A stretch of DNA of 64,000 nucleotides, taken from IMG/VR virus record IMGVR_UViG_3300030389_004188; one strand, 5' to 3'. Shown here in pieces: positions 47,377 through 58,301 of the stretch. Position numbers and translations under genes: made by a program. A model generated the notes under the pieces. The model was not told the origin of the DNA. It saw only the letters and a program-made list of their open reading frames with translations, and made no database searches. Within the stretch, counting starts at the first letter, position 1, and each line of letters starts with the position of its first letter. The DNA is from an uncultured virus (IMG/VR IMGVR_UViG_3300030389_004188). Taxonomy: Duplodnaviria; Heunggongvirae; Uroviricota; Caudoviricetes.

Positions 47377-48666
47377 ATGAAACCATTAGTATTAGTTACC
47401 GCACCAGTTGGGACTCGTAGTGGATATGGGTCAAGGTCAAGAGATATAGTTAGGGCTCTTGTAAAATTAGATAAGTATGATGTGAAAGTATTCAATGTAC
47501 CTTGGGGTAATACACCACAAAATGCTTTGATGATTGACCATCCAAAAGATAAACCAATCATTGATAATTTATTAGTCAATCCTAACTTAGATAGACAACC
47601 CGATATACATATTCACATCGTTGTACCAAATGAATTTCAACCTTATGGTAAGTTCAACATTGGAATAACTGCTGGATTAGAGGCCACACTCATACCAAAA
47701 GAGTGGATTGAGGGATGTAATAGAATGGATTTGGTTTTAGCAAGTTCTAATTTTTCTAAAGAAGTATTGTTGAAAACTGTATATGAAGAGAAAAATCAAC
47801 AAGGTCAAGTAGTAAATACATTACAAGTAAACTCACCAGTAGAGGTTTTATTTGAAGGTGTGGATACTGAGGTTTACAATACAACAAATGAATTTGACCC
47901 AATCGTAGTTGATGAGTTAGGTAAGATAAAAACTGATTTCAATTATTTATTTGTTGGTCATTGGTTACAAGGTGGATTTGGTAATGATAGAAAAGATGTG
48001 GGTAGAATGATACATACATTCTTACAGACATTCAAGAATCAAGAAGACCAACCAGGATTGATATTGAAAACAAGTGGTGCTGGATACTCTATTATTGATA
48101 AAGATGTTATAACAAAAAGAATCAAAGAGATACAGGCAAAGTTCAAAGGTGAATCATTACCACCAATATATTTTCTACACGGAGATTTGACCGATGAACA
48201 AATGAACCAATTATACAATCATCCAAAAGTAAGTGCACATATTTCATTTACTCACGGAGAGGGATTTGGTAGACCATTATTAGAGGCGACAATGAGTGGT
48301 AAACCAGTAATTGCATCTGCTGCAACAGGACATATAGATTTTCTAAAACCTGAATATTCTATGTTGGTGAATGGTAATTACATACCTGTACATAAAGATT
48401 CATTTCCAAAAAATATCTATGTTGAGGGACAACATTGGTTTGATGTAAATTTACAAGAGGCATCTAATTCTATGAAGTTCGTGAAGTCTCGATACAAGAA
48501 ATTTACAGAACTTGCATCACAACAAAAGATAATAAATGAAGTAGAGTTTTCATTTGATAAGATGGTGGAACTATTAGGTACATACATTGATAAGGTGCCA
48601 ACTGCAGTAGAAATGAAACTACCAAAGTTAGGTAAGTTACCAAAACTAAATAAAGTTGGGAGTTAG
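47377..48666 (+). CDS. Glycosyltransferase, GT4/GT-B
   Basis: RSGYG, FEGVD, DRKD, HGEGFGRPLLEATMSGKPVIA. Confidence 0.9.
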   Translation: MKPLVLVTAPVGTRSGYGSRSRDIVRALVKLDKYDVKVFNVPWGNTPQNALMIDHPKDKPIIDNLLVNPNLDRQPDIHIHIVVPNEFQPYGKFNIGITAGLEATLIPKEWIEGCNRMDLVLASSNFSKEVLLKTVYEEKNQQGQVVNTLQVNSPVEVLFEGVDTEVYNTTNEFDPIVVDELGKIKTDFNYLFVGHWLQGGFGNDRKDVGRMIHTFLQTFKNQEDQPGLILKTSGAGYSIIDKDVITKRIKEIQAKFKGESLPPIYFLHGDLTDEQMNQLYNHPKVSAHISFTHGEGFGRPLLEATMSGKPVIASAATGHIDFLKPEYSMLVNGNYIPVHKDSFPKNIYVEGQHWFDVNLQEASNSMKFVKSRYKKFTELASQQKIINEVEFSFDKMVELLGTYIDKVPTAVEMKLPKLGKLPKLNKVGS

Positions 48667-48668
48667 TA

Positions 48669-49169
48669 ATGGCAGAAAGAAAAGTTAGTTGTCCTTGTTG
48701 TGCAAATTATGGTATAAATCAAAAAGAAAAATGTTTCGAGGAGACATTAGAAGATAGTGGGTTTAGGTCATACTTATGTTTTCATTGTGGATACACAAGT
48801 AATTCAGAATATTATGATGGTTCTGAAAAAAGAGATAAGATGTTAGAGACAACTGCACTCATAGTAAAACAAATAGAAGTGTGGGATAATGATAGACAAT
48901 TATATTGGTATCCATCTGTTTTGAATATGGGTATGTTGGGAATGATTTATCCTGAAGGTACACAAGACGAGTGGGTTTGGAGATTTGCAAAAGTAATAGA
49001 GATACCAGAAAATGAACAACATATGTATTTAGACGAAAAAGGTGAACCACATAAACACAGACTCGATGTTGAGGGTGCAACAACTTATGGTAAGTTTGAT
49101 TTTTTCACGGCCTGTAAAGATATGGGAATCATTACAGACCAAAAACTTGAGGTGATGAATGGCTCGTAA
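48669..49169 (+). CDS. Zn-finger-containing hypothetical protein
   Basis: CPCC...CFHCGYTSN, WYPSVLN. Confidence 0.7.
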   Translation: MAERKVSCPCCANYGINQKEKCFEETLEDSGFRSYLCFHCGYTSNSEYYDGSEKRDKMLETTALIVKQIEVWDNDRQLYWYPSVLNMGMLGMIYPEGTQDEWVWRFAKVIEIPENEQHMYLDEKGEPHKHRLDVEGATTYGKFDFFTACKDMGIITDQKLEVMNGS

Positions 49170-49656
49170 ACCTTATACTTGGTCAAAAGTCAAGAACGGA
49201 GATATAATTTCATTTCATTATGAGACAAAAAGAGGTCCTGATAAAGGTCGTAAATTATTACGAACCATATTGGTGATAAATAAATTGTTTCGTAAGAATA
49301 AAATTGGTGGTGATGTTAGTCGATTATTGAGTGGAATATTATTGAAGAAATCTGCAAGTGCAGTCGCCAGACCAGAATTGGTCAAAACAATTATTGACTC
49401 TTTTGGTGAGATAAAACTAAGGGAGGCAATTTCTGGTACAAGAGTTATTTTGAGTGTAAGTCCAGACTTCAATGCAGACACTCCACAAAGAGTAAGAGAT
49501 ATTCTACAACAACTATCGAGAAAGATGGGTAGAGTTGGTGGTACACCATACAGAACATTCGATTATGATGAATGTTTGACATCGGCTGTACACTTAGAAC
49601 CAATACAAATGCCATTGAAAGTGGTTGAAGGACTAAAAGACCAAATAGAAAAATGA
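49159..49656 (+). CDS. Hypothetical basic protein
   Basis: 165 aa; GDIISFHY, YRTF. Confidence 0.65.
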   Translation: MARKPYTWSKVKNGDIISFHYETKRGPDKGRKLLRTILVINKLFRKNKIGGDVSRLLSGILLKKSASAVARPELVKTIIDSFGEIKLREAISGTRVILSVSPDFNADTPQRVRDILQQLSRKMGRVGGTPYRTFDYDECLTSAVHLEPIQMPLKVVEGLKDQIEK

Positions 49657-50306
49657 AAATAAGTTATGGAATTACAGTTCACAATGAATCAGAGGAACTG
49701 AATAAGTTATTAGAAATATTAGTACATAAAACACAAGCCGAAGATGAGATAGTAATTGTACAAGATGGTGATGATAAAAAAGTAGAAGAAGTTATATCAT
49801 CGTGGATGAGTCAATACTTAGATGCCAAAGGTATCTATTGGTGGACAAGAAAACTTGATGGTAACTTTGCAGACCAAAAGAATTATGTAATTGAACAATC
49901 ATCAGGTGATTATATTTTTCACATCGATGCTGATGAATATCCACACGAAACTCTGATTGAACAATTACCAGAAATATTAACAATCAATGATGTTGATTTG
50001 GTTTGGATACCACGAGTAAATACTATTGATGGAATGACAGAACAAGATGTTATGAAATGGGGCTGGAGAGTTTCGGAACAAGGATGGGTAAATTATCCTG
50101 ATTATCAGAGTAGGGTTTTTCGTAGGGATGAAAACATAAGATGGACTCGTCCACTACACGAACATATTGTTGGTTGTAAAACATACTCCCACTTACCACC
50201 ACACGAGGAGTTGAGTTTGTACCACCCAAAAACTATTGAGAAACAAACTCAACAAAATGTGTTTTACAACCAAAATTTTAGTCAAGAATTGAATAGAAGA
50301 GGATAA
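49653..50306 (+). CDS. Glycosyltransferase, GT2
   Basis: ISYGITVHNE, FADQKN, IDADE, YPDYQSR, LHE. Confidence 0.88.
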   Translation: MKISYGITVHNESEELNKLLEILVHKTQAEDEIVIVQDGDDKKVEEVISSWMSQYLDAKGIYWWTRKLDGNFADQKNYVIEQSSGDYIFHIDADEYPHETLIEQLPEILTINDVDLVWIPRVNTIDGMTEQDVMKWGWRVSEQGWVNYPDYQSRVFRRDENIRWTRPLHEHIVGCKTYSHLPPHEELSLYHPKTIEKQTQQNVFYNQNFSQELNRRG

Positions 50307-50307
50307 G

Positions 50308-51531
50308 ATGAAAACAAAATTTTTAGATTTAGGTAAACAACCAATTGCAAATGATTTCATACCAGGTGAAGAATATGAAAGTGAAAGATATTCATTTGAT
50401 TTAGGAGTGGTGTATGATGATGAAACTCATTTGGTTTCGTTGAGTGAGTTTGTCCCACCAGAAAAAATGTTCAATGAAAATTATGTGTATCATTCATCAT
50501 ATTCTCAGACTATGAGAGACCATTTCAAAAACCTAGCGGATACTTGTAGTGAGAGATTCAATCCACTTACTGTTTTGGAGATTGGTAGTAATGATGGTGT
50601 GTTTCTAAATCATTGGGGTAACGATTATACTATTGGAGTTGAACCTTGTAGTAATTTTGCTGAGATTACAGAAGAATTAGGATACAAAACATATCCTAAG
50701 TTTTGGAACACAGAATTATCAAACGAAATAAAAGAAAGTTTTGAGAATGGTTTCGACCTAATTTCTGCATCAAATTGTATTTGTCACATCCAAGATTTAG
50801 ATGATTGTTTTACTGCAGTACATAATTTATTATCCGATAGAGGAGTATTCGTATTTGAAGACCCATCACTAATTGAAACAATGAAGAGAAACTCATATGA
50901 CCAATTCTATGATGAACACGCTCATATATTTTCAGTTACTGCATTAGAAAAACTATTGGAAAGAAATGGTTTATTTTTATTTGATGTAGAACCTTTGAGT
51001 GTTCACGGTGGTTCTAATAGAATATTTGCCAGTAAAACAGAAACAGAAAAAACTGATAGAATGAAAGAGATTCTGAAAGATGAATCAGACTATGGTTTGG
51101 ATAAACTTTCTACATATGAAGAGTTTGCAAAAAGGGTTGAGAAGTCAAAAGAAGATTTATTCAACATACTAAAACAATTCAATGAAAGAGGTTACAAAGT
51201 AATTTCATATGGTGCGACATCTAAGTCTACTACGGTTTTCAACTATTGTGGGATTGATGATTATCTAATACAATACATTACTGATACCACAGAAGATAAA
51301 CAAGGTAAGTATTCACCTGGTGTAAAGTTACCCGTTGTCTCACCCGAAGAGGGATTTGATGACGAGGTTGATGTTGCATTTCTTGGGGCTTGGAATTTTG
51401 AAAAAGAGATACGAGAAAAAGAATCAGATTATGAAAAGAGTGGTGGACTATGGATAACGCATGTACCAGAAGTTAGAGTACTTGGTCACAAAGACTTTGT
51501 ACACGAACCTTGGGTAGAATTAGATGAGTAA
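50308..51531 (+). CDS. NDP-sugar C-methyltransferase
   Basis: FLDLGKQPIAN, EIGSNDG, YDQFYDEH, VHGGSNR, YGATSK, KQGKYSPG, AWNF. Confidence 0.88.
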   Translation: MKTKFLDLGKQPIANDFIPGEEYESERYSFDLGVVYDDETHLVSLSEFVPPEKMFNENYVYHSSYSQTMRDHFKNLADTCSERFNPLTVLEIGSNDGVFLNHWGNDYTIGVEPCSNFAEITEELGYKTYPKFWNTELSNEIKESFENGFDLISASNCICHIQDLDDCFTAVHNLLSDRGVFVFEDPSLIETMKRNSYDQFYDEHAHIFSVTALEKLLERNGLFLFDVEPLSVHGGSNRIFASKTETEKTDRMKEILKDESDYGLDKLSTYEEFAKRVEKSKEDLFNILKQFNERGYKVISYGATSKSTTVFNYCGIDDYLIQYITDTTEDKQGKYSPGVKLPVVSPEEGFDDEVDVAFLGAWNFEKEIREKESDYEKSGGLWITHVPEVRVLGHKDFVHEPWVELDE

Positions 51532-51946
51532 ATTTGAAGAGATAAAATTAGGATTCAATGAGGATGATAGAGCACAACGAGTGTTCTTACCATATGATGA
51601 CTTAGATGGTCAGATAAATATATCCTATGTAAACTCTACAAGTCACATTGTTGCTTGGCATAAACACGAGGTACAATATGATTATTGGTTTTGTGTAAAG
51701 GGTTCATTCAAAGTTGGTTTGTGTAAATCAGGACCTAATGAGACAAATGGACAAGTAGAGTGGCAGTATCTATCGGATAAAAATATTAGAAGTATAAAGA
51801 TACCACCTGGTGTATGGCACGGATATAAGGCATTAGAACCAAACTCTATTATGATGTATTACTTGACACAAAAATATGAATTGGGTGATGAACAGAAATG
51901 TAAACCAGGTCAATTTGGTGAGGATTGGGGGACAGAGAACAAATGA
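51524..51946 (+). CDS. RmlC-like cupin (NDP-sugar 3,5-epimerase)
   Basis: EDDR, AWHKH..QYD, IPPGVWHG. Confidence 0.75.
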   Translation: MSKFEEIKLGFNEDDRAQRVFLPYDDLDGQINISYVNSTSHIVAWHKHEVQYDYWFCVKGSFKVGLCKSGPNETNGQVEWQYLSDKNIRSIKIPPGVWHGYKALEPNSIMMYYLTQKYELGDEQKCKPGQFGEDWGTENK

Positions 51947-52419
51947 GTTTTAGACATAGAAGTACAAGTAATAGAAAAAGATTTTCCGACACGAGAGTAT
52001 CTGATGCCATACTATTTGAAGTAAAGATGATTGAAGAGTCAGATGGAATATTAGTACCAATAGAATCTAATAGTGACATACCATTTGATATAAAGAGATT
52101 ATTTTATGTTACTAAAGTACCTGCAGGAGAAGTTAGAGGTGAACACTCACATTTTATAACCGAACAAGTATTGACTGTTCCGAATGGTTCTTTATCAGTT
52201 CTACTTGATGATGGGTTTGAAAAAAAAACTTTTTTGCTTGACTCTCCCAATAAAGCTTTGTATATTCCGTATGGTATATGGGACTCGGCAGTATATGAAA
52301 GTGAAGATACTATTTTGTTGGCAATGTCAAACATAGAATATAGAAGAGAAGATTACATCGTAGATTATTATGAATTCAAACGACTAAAGGGAGTACAAGA
52401 TGAGACCATTAGGAACTGA
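51943..52419 (+). CDS. FdtA/WxcM-like sugar 3,4-ketoisomerase
   Basis: IPFDIKRLFY, RGEHSH, LDSPNKALYIP, DYIVDY. Confidence 0.85.
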   Translation: MSFRHRSTSNRKRFSDTRVSDAILFEVKMIEESDGILVPIESNSDIPFDIKRLFYVTKVPAGEVRGEHSHFITEQVLTVPNGSLSVLLDDGFEKKTFLLDSPNKALYIPYGIWDSAVYESEDTILLAMSNIEYRREDYIVDYYEFKRLKGVQDETIRN

Positions 52420-53062
52420 TTATCTACAATATGATAGTGAGATTTATCCATTCAGAACAATAATCGAAGATTATATTGGGGAAGAATTAGAAAGAATACA
52501 TTATAAAAGACATTATGAATTATTGAATCAACTGAAAACTGAACAGAGAACTATCTTTCACAAAAGAGTTTATCGTGAAGTTACTGGCGATGATAGATTG
52601 AATTTTATTGAGTTGTATAAAAGTTTTTTGAAAGATTACATACAGCCACAATGGGGAGATACTCAGTTATGTTATCAGACTATTCCAACATTTAGATTTC
52701 AATTTCCTGGTAACATCGGTGTATCAAAATTTCATAGAGATAGTTCATACAACCACTCACCCAATGAAAAAAACTACTTCCTACCATTGATGGATACTAA
52801 AGAGACTACTTCAATTTGGGTAGAATCAAATGTAGACAAAGGAGATTATGCACCAATGATTTGTAAATATGGTGAGGTAATACAATGGGATGGTTCTACT
52901 TTGACTCACGGAAATAAACTAAACACTACAGATACTACAAGAGTTAGTTTTGATTTCAGAATTATTAGTTTTGATGATTGGGAAAGTTATAAGTGGAAAG
53001 AAAGTACGATAACTGCAGTAAAAAATCTAAGTGTTCTTGGAGACTATTGGAGTAAATTATGA
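52400..53062 (+). CDS. 2OG-Fe(II)-type oxygenase (StrG-like)
   Basis: YQTIPTFR, FHRD, HGN, TRVSFDFR. Confidence 0.65.
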   Translation: MRPLGTDYLQYDSEIYPFRTIIEDYIGEELERIHYKRHYELLNQLKTEQRTIFHKRVYREVTGDDRLNFIELYKSFLKDYIQPQWGDTQLCYQTIPTFRFQFPGNIGVSKFHRDSSYNHSPNEKNYFLPLMDTKETTSIWVESNVDKGDYAPMICKYGEVIQWDGSTLTHGNKLNTTDTTRVSFDFRIISFDDWESYKWKESTITAVKNLSVLGDYWSKL

Positions 53063-53982
53063 GAAAAAATATACTTGTTACAGGTGGACTTGGACATATT
53101 GGTTCACAAATTATAAGAAAACTTGACCACGATATAACCGTAGTTGATAACCTTTTGACTCAAAGGTATTGTTCTTTATTCGAGTTGGATAAGAAAATAA
53201 ATTTTGTAGAGTCTGATTTTTCTGAATTAGATTCTTCCTTTCTAAGTACATTTGACGAGATATTACACTTTGGTGCAATAACAGATGCAGCTGGTAGTTT
53301 TGATAACAAAGAAGAGTTGGAAAAACATAATGTGGTATCTACTAAAAAACTAATAAATAAATTCGTAGATTCTACTTGTAAGAGATTTATATTTCCCTCA
53401 TCTACAAGTGTTTATGGTGTCGCAGCTAGTGTAGTGGATGAAGATAATGATGAGTATGTAAATCCACAATCACCATATGCAGAATCAAAAGTAGAGATTG
53501 AAAACTATCTAAAGTTGAAAATAGACCCAACAACACATAACTATATTATTCCAAGATTTGGAACTATCTATGGATTTTCGATTGGTATGAGATTCCATAC
53601 TGCAATAAATAAATTCATTTGGCAATCAAAAATGAAAGAACCATTGACGATATGGAAAGAAAATTATAAACAATACAGACCTTATTTGGAATTATCAGAT
53701 TGTGTTCGTAGTGTTCAACACTTATTAGAAATTCCTTATATGGATGCAAAAAATAATACGATTTACAATATTTTGACTAATAATTATACATTAGAAGAAG
53801 TTATTGAAAACTTAGAAAAAGTTTTTGGTAAACAAGAACTCAATTTTGTTGAGACTCCGTTATTGAATCAATTTAGTTATAAAGTGAATGACTCAAAAAT
53901 TAGAAGAACAGGATTTGTACCAAGTGGTGACTTACAATTATCGTTGGTTAGTACATCAGTTGCAATGGATGGTATAAGATGA
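53059..53982 (+). CDS. NAD-dependent epimerase/dehydratase
   Basis: TGGLGHIG, SSTSVYG, YAESK. Confidence 0.9.
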   Translation: MRKNILVTGGLGHIGSQIIRKLDHDITVVDNLLTQRYCSLFELDKKINFVESDFSELDSSFLSTFDEILHFGAITDAAGSFDNKEELEKHNVVSTKKLINKFVDSTCKRFIFPSSTSVYGVAASVVDEDNDEYVNPQSPYAESKVEIENYLKLKIDPTTHNYIIPRFGTIYGFSIGMRFHTAINKFIWQSKMKEPLTIWKENYKQYRPYLELSDCVRSVQHLLEIPYMDAKNNTIYNILTNNYTLEEVIENLEKVFGKQELNFVETPLLNQFSYKVNDSKIRRTGFVPSGDLQLSLVSTSVAMDGIR

Positions 53983-54893
53983 AAAAAGTATTAGTAACAG
54001 GTGGAGTTGGATTTGTTGGTACAAATCTGATAGAAGAATTACTAAAACAAGGTTATAAAGTTTCATCAGTAGATAATTACGATACAGGAAAAAAAGAAAG
54101 AGAACTTGAGGGATGTAAATATCATAATATAGATATTTCAAAACCAAGTTGGTGGAGTTTATCAGATAGTTGTTGGTGTGAGTTTTGGTGTGATTGTGAG
54201 ATAGAACAACCTGATATTATTTATCATTTAGCTGCAAGAGCTAGAATACAACCATCTTTTGAAGACCCACAATCTACTTTTCGTAGTAATGTTTTAGGTA
54301 CACAAAATGTATTAGAGTATGCGAGACTACGAAATATACCTGTAATATATGCGGCATCATCCTCATCACACGGAGATGTACACGCAAATCCATATACATT
54401 TACAAAATGGCAAGGTGAAGAATTGATAAGACTTTATAATAAAGTATTCAATGTACCAACCGTTATCACAAGATTTTATAATGTGTATGGTGAGAGACAA
54501 AATACAGAGGGTGCTTATTGTAATGTATTGGGTATATTTGAAAGACAATATGGTGAAGGTAGACCACTAACAATAACTGGTGATGGGGAACAGAGAAGAG
54601 ACTTTACTTATGTAAAAGATATTGTTGATGGGTTGATTAGGTGTAGTTATATTCTTGAAAGTAATAGAAGTCACAAAATTAGTGGTGAAGAAATAGAATT
54701 AGGTAATGGTAAAAATTATTCAATCAATGAATTGGCTGATTCGTTTGGTGAGAACTATCCTACAAAATACTTAGATGAAAGACCTGGTGAAGTTAGGGAG
54801 AGTCTAAATACAGATACAAAGGCACAAGACATTTTGGGTTGGAATCCAAGTGGAGATATTTTAGATTACATAAAAAATAAACTCGTAAGATGA
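53979..54893 (+). CDS. NAD-dependent epimerase/dehydratase
   Basis: TGGVGFVG, HLAA, YTFTK, RFYNVYG, GDGEQRRDFTYVKD. Confidence 0.92.
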   Translation: MKKVLVTGGVGFVGTNLIEELLKQGYKVSSVDNYDTGKKERELEGCKYHNIDISKPSWWSLSDSCWCEFWCDCEIEQPDIIYHLAARARIQPSFEDPQSTFRSNVLGTQNVLEYARLRNIPVIYAASSSSHGDVHANPYTFTKWQGEELIRLYNKVFNVPTVITRFYNVYGERQNTEGAYCNVLGIFERQYGEGRPLTITGDGEQRRDFTYVKDIVDGLIRCSYILESNRSHKISGEEIELGNGKNYSINELADSFGENYPTKYLDERPGEVRESLNTDTKAQDILGWNPSGDILDYIKNKLVR

Positions 54894-55288
54894 AAATCAG
54901 AGACATAGTAAGACCATTATTACAAGAGATTTATCAACCTGATGGTTGGAAGATGTTGGTTTGTTGTATAATGTTAAATCTAACAAACAGAAAACAAGTG
55001 GATAGAGTAAGACATAAATTATTCAAAAAGTATCCAACTGCTAAAGATTTATCGGTAGCTGATTATGAAGAACTATCTGAATTACTCACACCATTGGGGA
55101 TGCAGTTCAAGAGAGCTGCAACACTAATGAAATTTAGTAAAGAATATAATGATGGATTTACAGATCCCATAGAATTATATGGTATCGGTAAATATGCTAA
55201 AGACTCTTGGGAGATATTCCAAAATAATAATATGAATGTAAAACCAAAGGATAAAGTTTTACAAGAATATCTAAGAGTAGAGGGGTAA
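54890..55288 (+). CDS. MBD4-like HhH-GPD DNA glycosylase
   Basis: WKMLVCCIMLNLT, LTPLGM..RA, LYGIGKYAKDSWEIF, PKDKVL. Confidence 0.8.
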   Translation: MKIRDIVRPLLQEIYQPDGWKMLVCCIMLNLTNRKQVDRVRHKLFKKYPTAKDLSVADYEELSELLTPLGMQFKRAATLMKFSKEYNDGFTDPIELYGIGKYAKDSWEIFQNNNMNVKPKDKVLQEYLRVEG

Positions 55289-56017
55289 ATGAAAATAATA
55301 GTTACAGGTGGTAAGGGTAAATTTGCATCTTTACTAAAAGAAAAAGGTAGTGAGTTAGGTCACGAAATACTTTGTCCAACTAAAGAAGAAATGGATATAA
55401 GAAAACTTTGGGGACACGGTGGTGTTTATGATTATTTGTGGAGTCAAACAGATACAGACATCGTAATACACGCTGGGGCACTAACAAGACCAATGGTTGT
55501 ACATCAAGAAAGACCACACGATAGTATAGAGACAAATATAATTGGTAGTAGTAATGTGGTTCTTGGTTGTATGAAATTTGATATGAAAGTAATTTATGTA
55601 TCTACTGATTATGTTTATGAGGGTAAAGATGGAAACTATACAGAAGACTCACCAGTAAAACCATTCAACAATTATGGTTGGTCAAAACTTGGTGGTGAAA
55701 CACCTTGTATGATTTATGATAATTCACTAATACTAAGAATTTGTATGAATAACAAACCATTTCCACATCCAAAAGCATTAGATGATATGTATAAGAGTTT
55801 GATTTGGGATGATGAGGCTGCTGATATTACATTGAAATTGTTAGATGAAAAAGGTATCATAAATGTAGGTGGTGAATCAAGGTCGGTGTATGACTTTGTA
55901 TCTAAAACACATAAAGAAGACATTGGAAGAATATCACTATCAGATGTAAGTAATGTAAAGATGGGTACAAACACAACAATGGATTGTAGTAAACTTGAAA
56001 GGATATTGAATGATTAA
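55289..56017 (+). CDS. rmlD: RmlD-like NDP-4-keto-sugar reductase
   Basis: TGGKG, HAGALT, YVSTDYVYEG, PFNNYGWSKLGGE. Confidence 0.8.
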   Translation: MKIIVTGGKGKFASLLKEKGSELGHEILCPTKEEMDIRKLWGHGGVYDYLWSQTDTDIVIHAGALTRPMVVHQERPHDSIETNIIGSSNVVLGCMKFDMKVIYVSTDYVYEGKDGNYTEDSPVKPFNNYGWSKLGGETPCMIYDNSLILRICMNNKPFPHPKALDDMYKSLIWDDEAADITLKLLDEKGIINVGGESRSVYDFVSKTHKEDIGRISLSDVSNVKMGTNTTMDCSKLERILND

Positions 56018-56975
56018 TTTATTTGAATTCAATAATTACAAAATAGACACTAAGAAATTAGACCATTTATTACACGGTTCTGCAGTTAGAAAACTTGAAG
56101 AACAGATTTGTGAATATGTTGGTGCAAAATATTGTGCATCATTCTGTAGTGCATCATTTATAATAGAACTTATGTTTAGTCGTCCTGAGTTTATCAACAA
56201 TGAGACAAGTCTTGATATTCCAAGTATGATTCCACCTGTCGTTCCGAATGCACTACATCATGCAGGTATGGAAATATACTTGAATGATGATGTTGATTGG
56301 GTTGGACATTCTTATGTGTTATGGGAAGAGTTTGGTGGTGAGAGAAAGATAATAGATTCTGCACAACAAATTGATAGGAATCAATTTTCTGATAATTGTA
56401 ATGATGATGACTATATGATATTTTCATTGTATCCAACAAAACCATTATCATCATTGGATGGTGGATTAGTTGTATCAAATAATAAAGAGGGTATTGAATT
56501 ACTAAGTAGTCTTGGATTCTATGGTATGAAACGAGAGATAGATTCTTGGTCAAGAGAACCAATTAGGTATGGACACAAAACATATTTACCAACAATACAG
56601 GCAGAGTTGGCATTAGAAAACCTAAGATTTTTAGATGAGAGACACGAAAAGATTGACTACATAAGAAATTATTATAACAAGAATCTTGGGTTGAAAAATA
56701 CAAGTAGACATCTTTATAGAATACGAGTTGATAATAATCAAGATGCAATGAAATGGTTCAAGGAACAAGGTATAATTACAGGTGTACATTATAAACCAAT
56801 TCATCAAATAGAATTATATAATCACTATGAATGGGATTGGCATCTTAGATACCACAACATACCGAGAGTAAATAATCACGGAGAGACCACATTATCAATT
56901 CCATTTCACCATAAATTACAAGACAATGATATAGAATATATAGTCGAAAAGGTACAGGAGTATAAGAATGCTTGA
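56010..56975 (+). CDS. DegT/DnrJ/EryC1/StrS aminotransferase
   Basis: IDSAQ, SLYPTKPL..DGG (PLP Lys), GVHYKPIH, LSIPFH. Confidence 0.85.
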   Translation: MINLFEFNNYKIDTKKLDHLLHGSAVRKLEEQICEYVGAKYCASFCSASFIIELMFSRPEFINNETSLDIPSMIPPVVPNALHHAGMEIYLNDDVDWVGHSYVLWEEFGGERKIIDSAQQIDRNQFSDNCNDDDYMIFSLYPTKPLSSLDGGLVVSNNKEGIELLSSLGFYGMKREIDSWSREPIRYGHKTYLPTIQAELALENLRFLDERHEKIDYIRNYYNKNLGLKNTSRHLYRIRVDNNQDAMKWFKEQGIITGVHYKPIHQIELYNHYEWDWHLRYHNIPRVNNHGETTLSIPFHHKLQDNDIEYIVEKVQEYKNA

Positions 56976-58089
56976 AGAAATAAAAAGTTTATTCAAGGAT
57001 GGTGACTATAAAGGTAAGGTGGAGTTTTTAGTATTAGGACCTTGGTGTGGTGAGTTTAGTTATGAAACGAATTGGTGGATTCCTGAGTGTAGATTACAAG
57101 TAGATAAATATTCAAGTGACGATGATATGAAGATGGTAGTTGTGGTGGTAGGTGAGTTGGGTAGTCAGCCATTGTATAGAGATTTTTGTGACTACTACAT
57201 TCCAATACCACATAATTTTGGTGACGAACACGGTAAAGAGATTAAAATTCCTGAGATGAGAGACACTTGGGCTAGAAGAAGTGATAATAAAAATGTTATG
57301 ATGGCAGAAATACCTAAACCAATACAAGATTTTTATAATCATATTTGTAATAAGTGTGGAGAGTATGGAGAGGTTTACAAATATAGTCCGAGTGAGTACA
57401 TAAAAGATAAAAGATATATGGAAAGACCTGCAGGTATTATTGAATATTATACACCACCACTAAAAGAGTTGAACTTAGTAAAAGATATAATTCAAAATCA
57501 TATACATAAAAACGAAAGAAAACCTTTGATATCAATATTTGCAAAACAAAGATATCGACAAGGTAAATTAGACTTTGAGAGTTGGAGTCCAAAACTTTGG
57601 GAAGAGTTTATGATAAGACTTGATGAGTTTGGTGTAAGTATTCTAAATTTTGTAATAGAAGGTTCTGCAGGATTCTTAGAACTTGATGAAGAAGTGGTAA
57701 AAAAATATCCACATATAAATCAAATGGTTGTAAAAAACGATGTTCCAGCACCAATGGTAGATTGTATGTCCGAAAAAACAATTTTAGGATATCAAATGGC
57801 AGTTCTTGAACTAACAGATATGTCAATTTGGGGTTCAACTGGTGCTTGTACTCTAAATTATTTTATGAAGTATAGAAAACCTATGTTTGTTCAACACAAT
57901 AAAAACGATGTTTGGAGACAACAATTCGAGTGGATGAGAGATATAACACAAGACTTACATCAGATACATTTTTTTGATAAGTATAAAAGAAATGAGATGG
58001 AAAATATTCCTGTAGATGAAATGATAGATGAGTTTAGAGGGTGGCTCAAGTCTGATTTTCAAATAGAAACTAAGAAAGAAGAAGAATGA
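56968..58089 (+). CDS. Hypothetical protein in the sugar cluster (possible transferase)
   Basis: 373 aa; GPWCGEFSYE; no motif I can assign. Confidence 0.6.
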   Translation: MLEEIKSLFKDGDYKGKVEFLVLGPWCGEFSYETNWWIPECRLQVDKYSSDDDMKMVVVVVGELGSQPLYRDFCDYYIPIPHNFGDEHGKEIKIPEMRDTWARRSDNKNVMMAEIPKPIQDFYNHICNKCGEYGEVYKYSPSEYIKDKRYMERPAGIIEYYTPPLKELNLVKDIIQNHIHKNERKPLISIFAKQRYRQGKLDFESWSPKLWEEFMIRLDEFGVSILNFVIEGSAGFLELDEEVVKKYPHINQMVVKNDVPAPMVDCMSEKTILGYQMAVLELTDMSIWGSTGACTLNYFMKYRKPMFVQHNKNDVWRQQFEWMRDITQDLHQIHFFDKYKRNEMENIPVDEMIDEFRGWLKSDFQIETKKEEE

Positions 58090-58301
58090 GAGATTTACAA
58101 TCATCACTAAAATCAAAAGGTGAGTATGTAACACAGATAATTCACTTTGTTGGCGGAGTGAAAAGAACATTTGAGGGTGTATCGACATCCAAAATAAAAC
58201 AAGGTCAAATGACTAAATTAGAACTAAAGGATGGTAGAATAGTAATGATAAATGATACAAATGTATTATGTGTAGAAGTATTTTCAGAGGATATGGAATG
58301 A
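58086..58301 (+). CDS. Small hypothetical protein
   Basis: 71 aa, overlapping starts/stops on both sides. Confidence 0.7.
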   Translation: MRDLQSSLKSKGEYVTQIIHFVGGVKRTFEGVSTSKIKQGQMTKLELKDGRIVMINDTNVLCVEVFSEDME

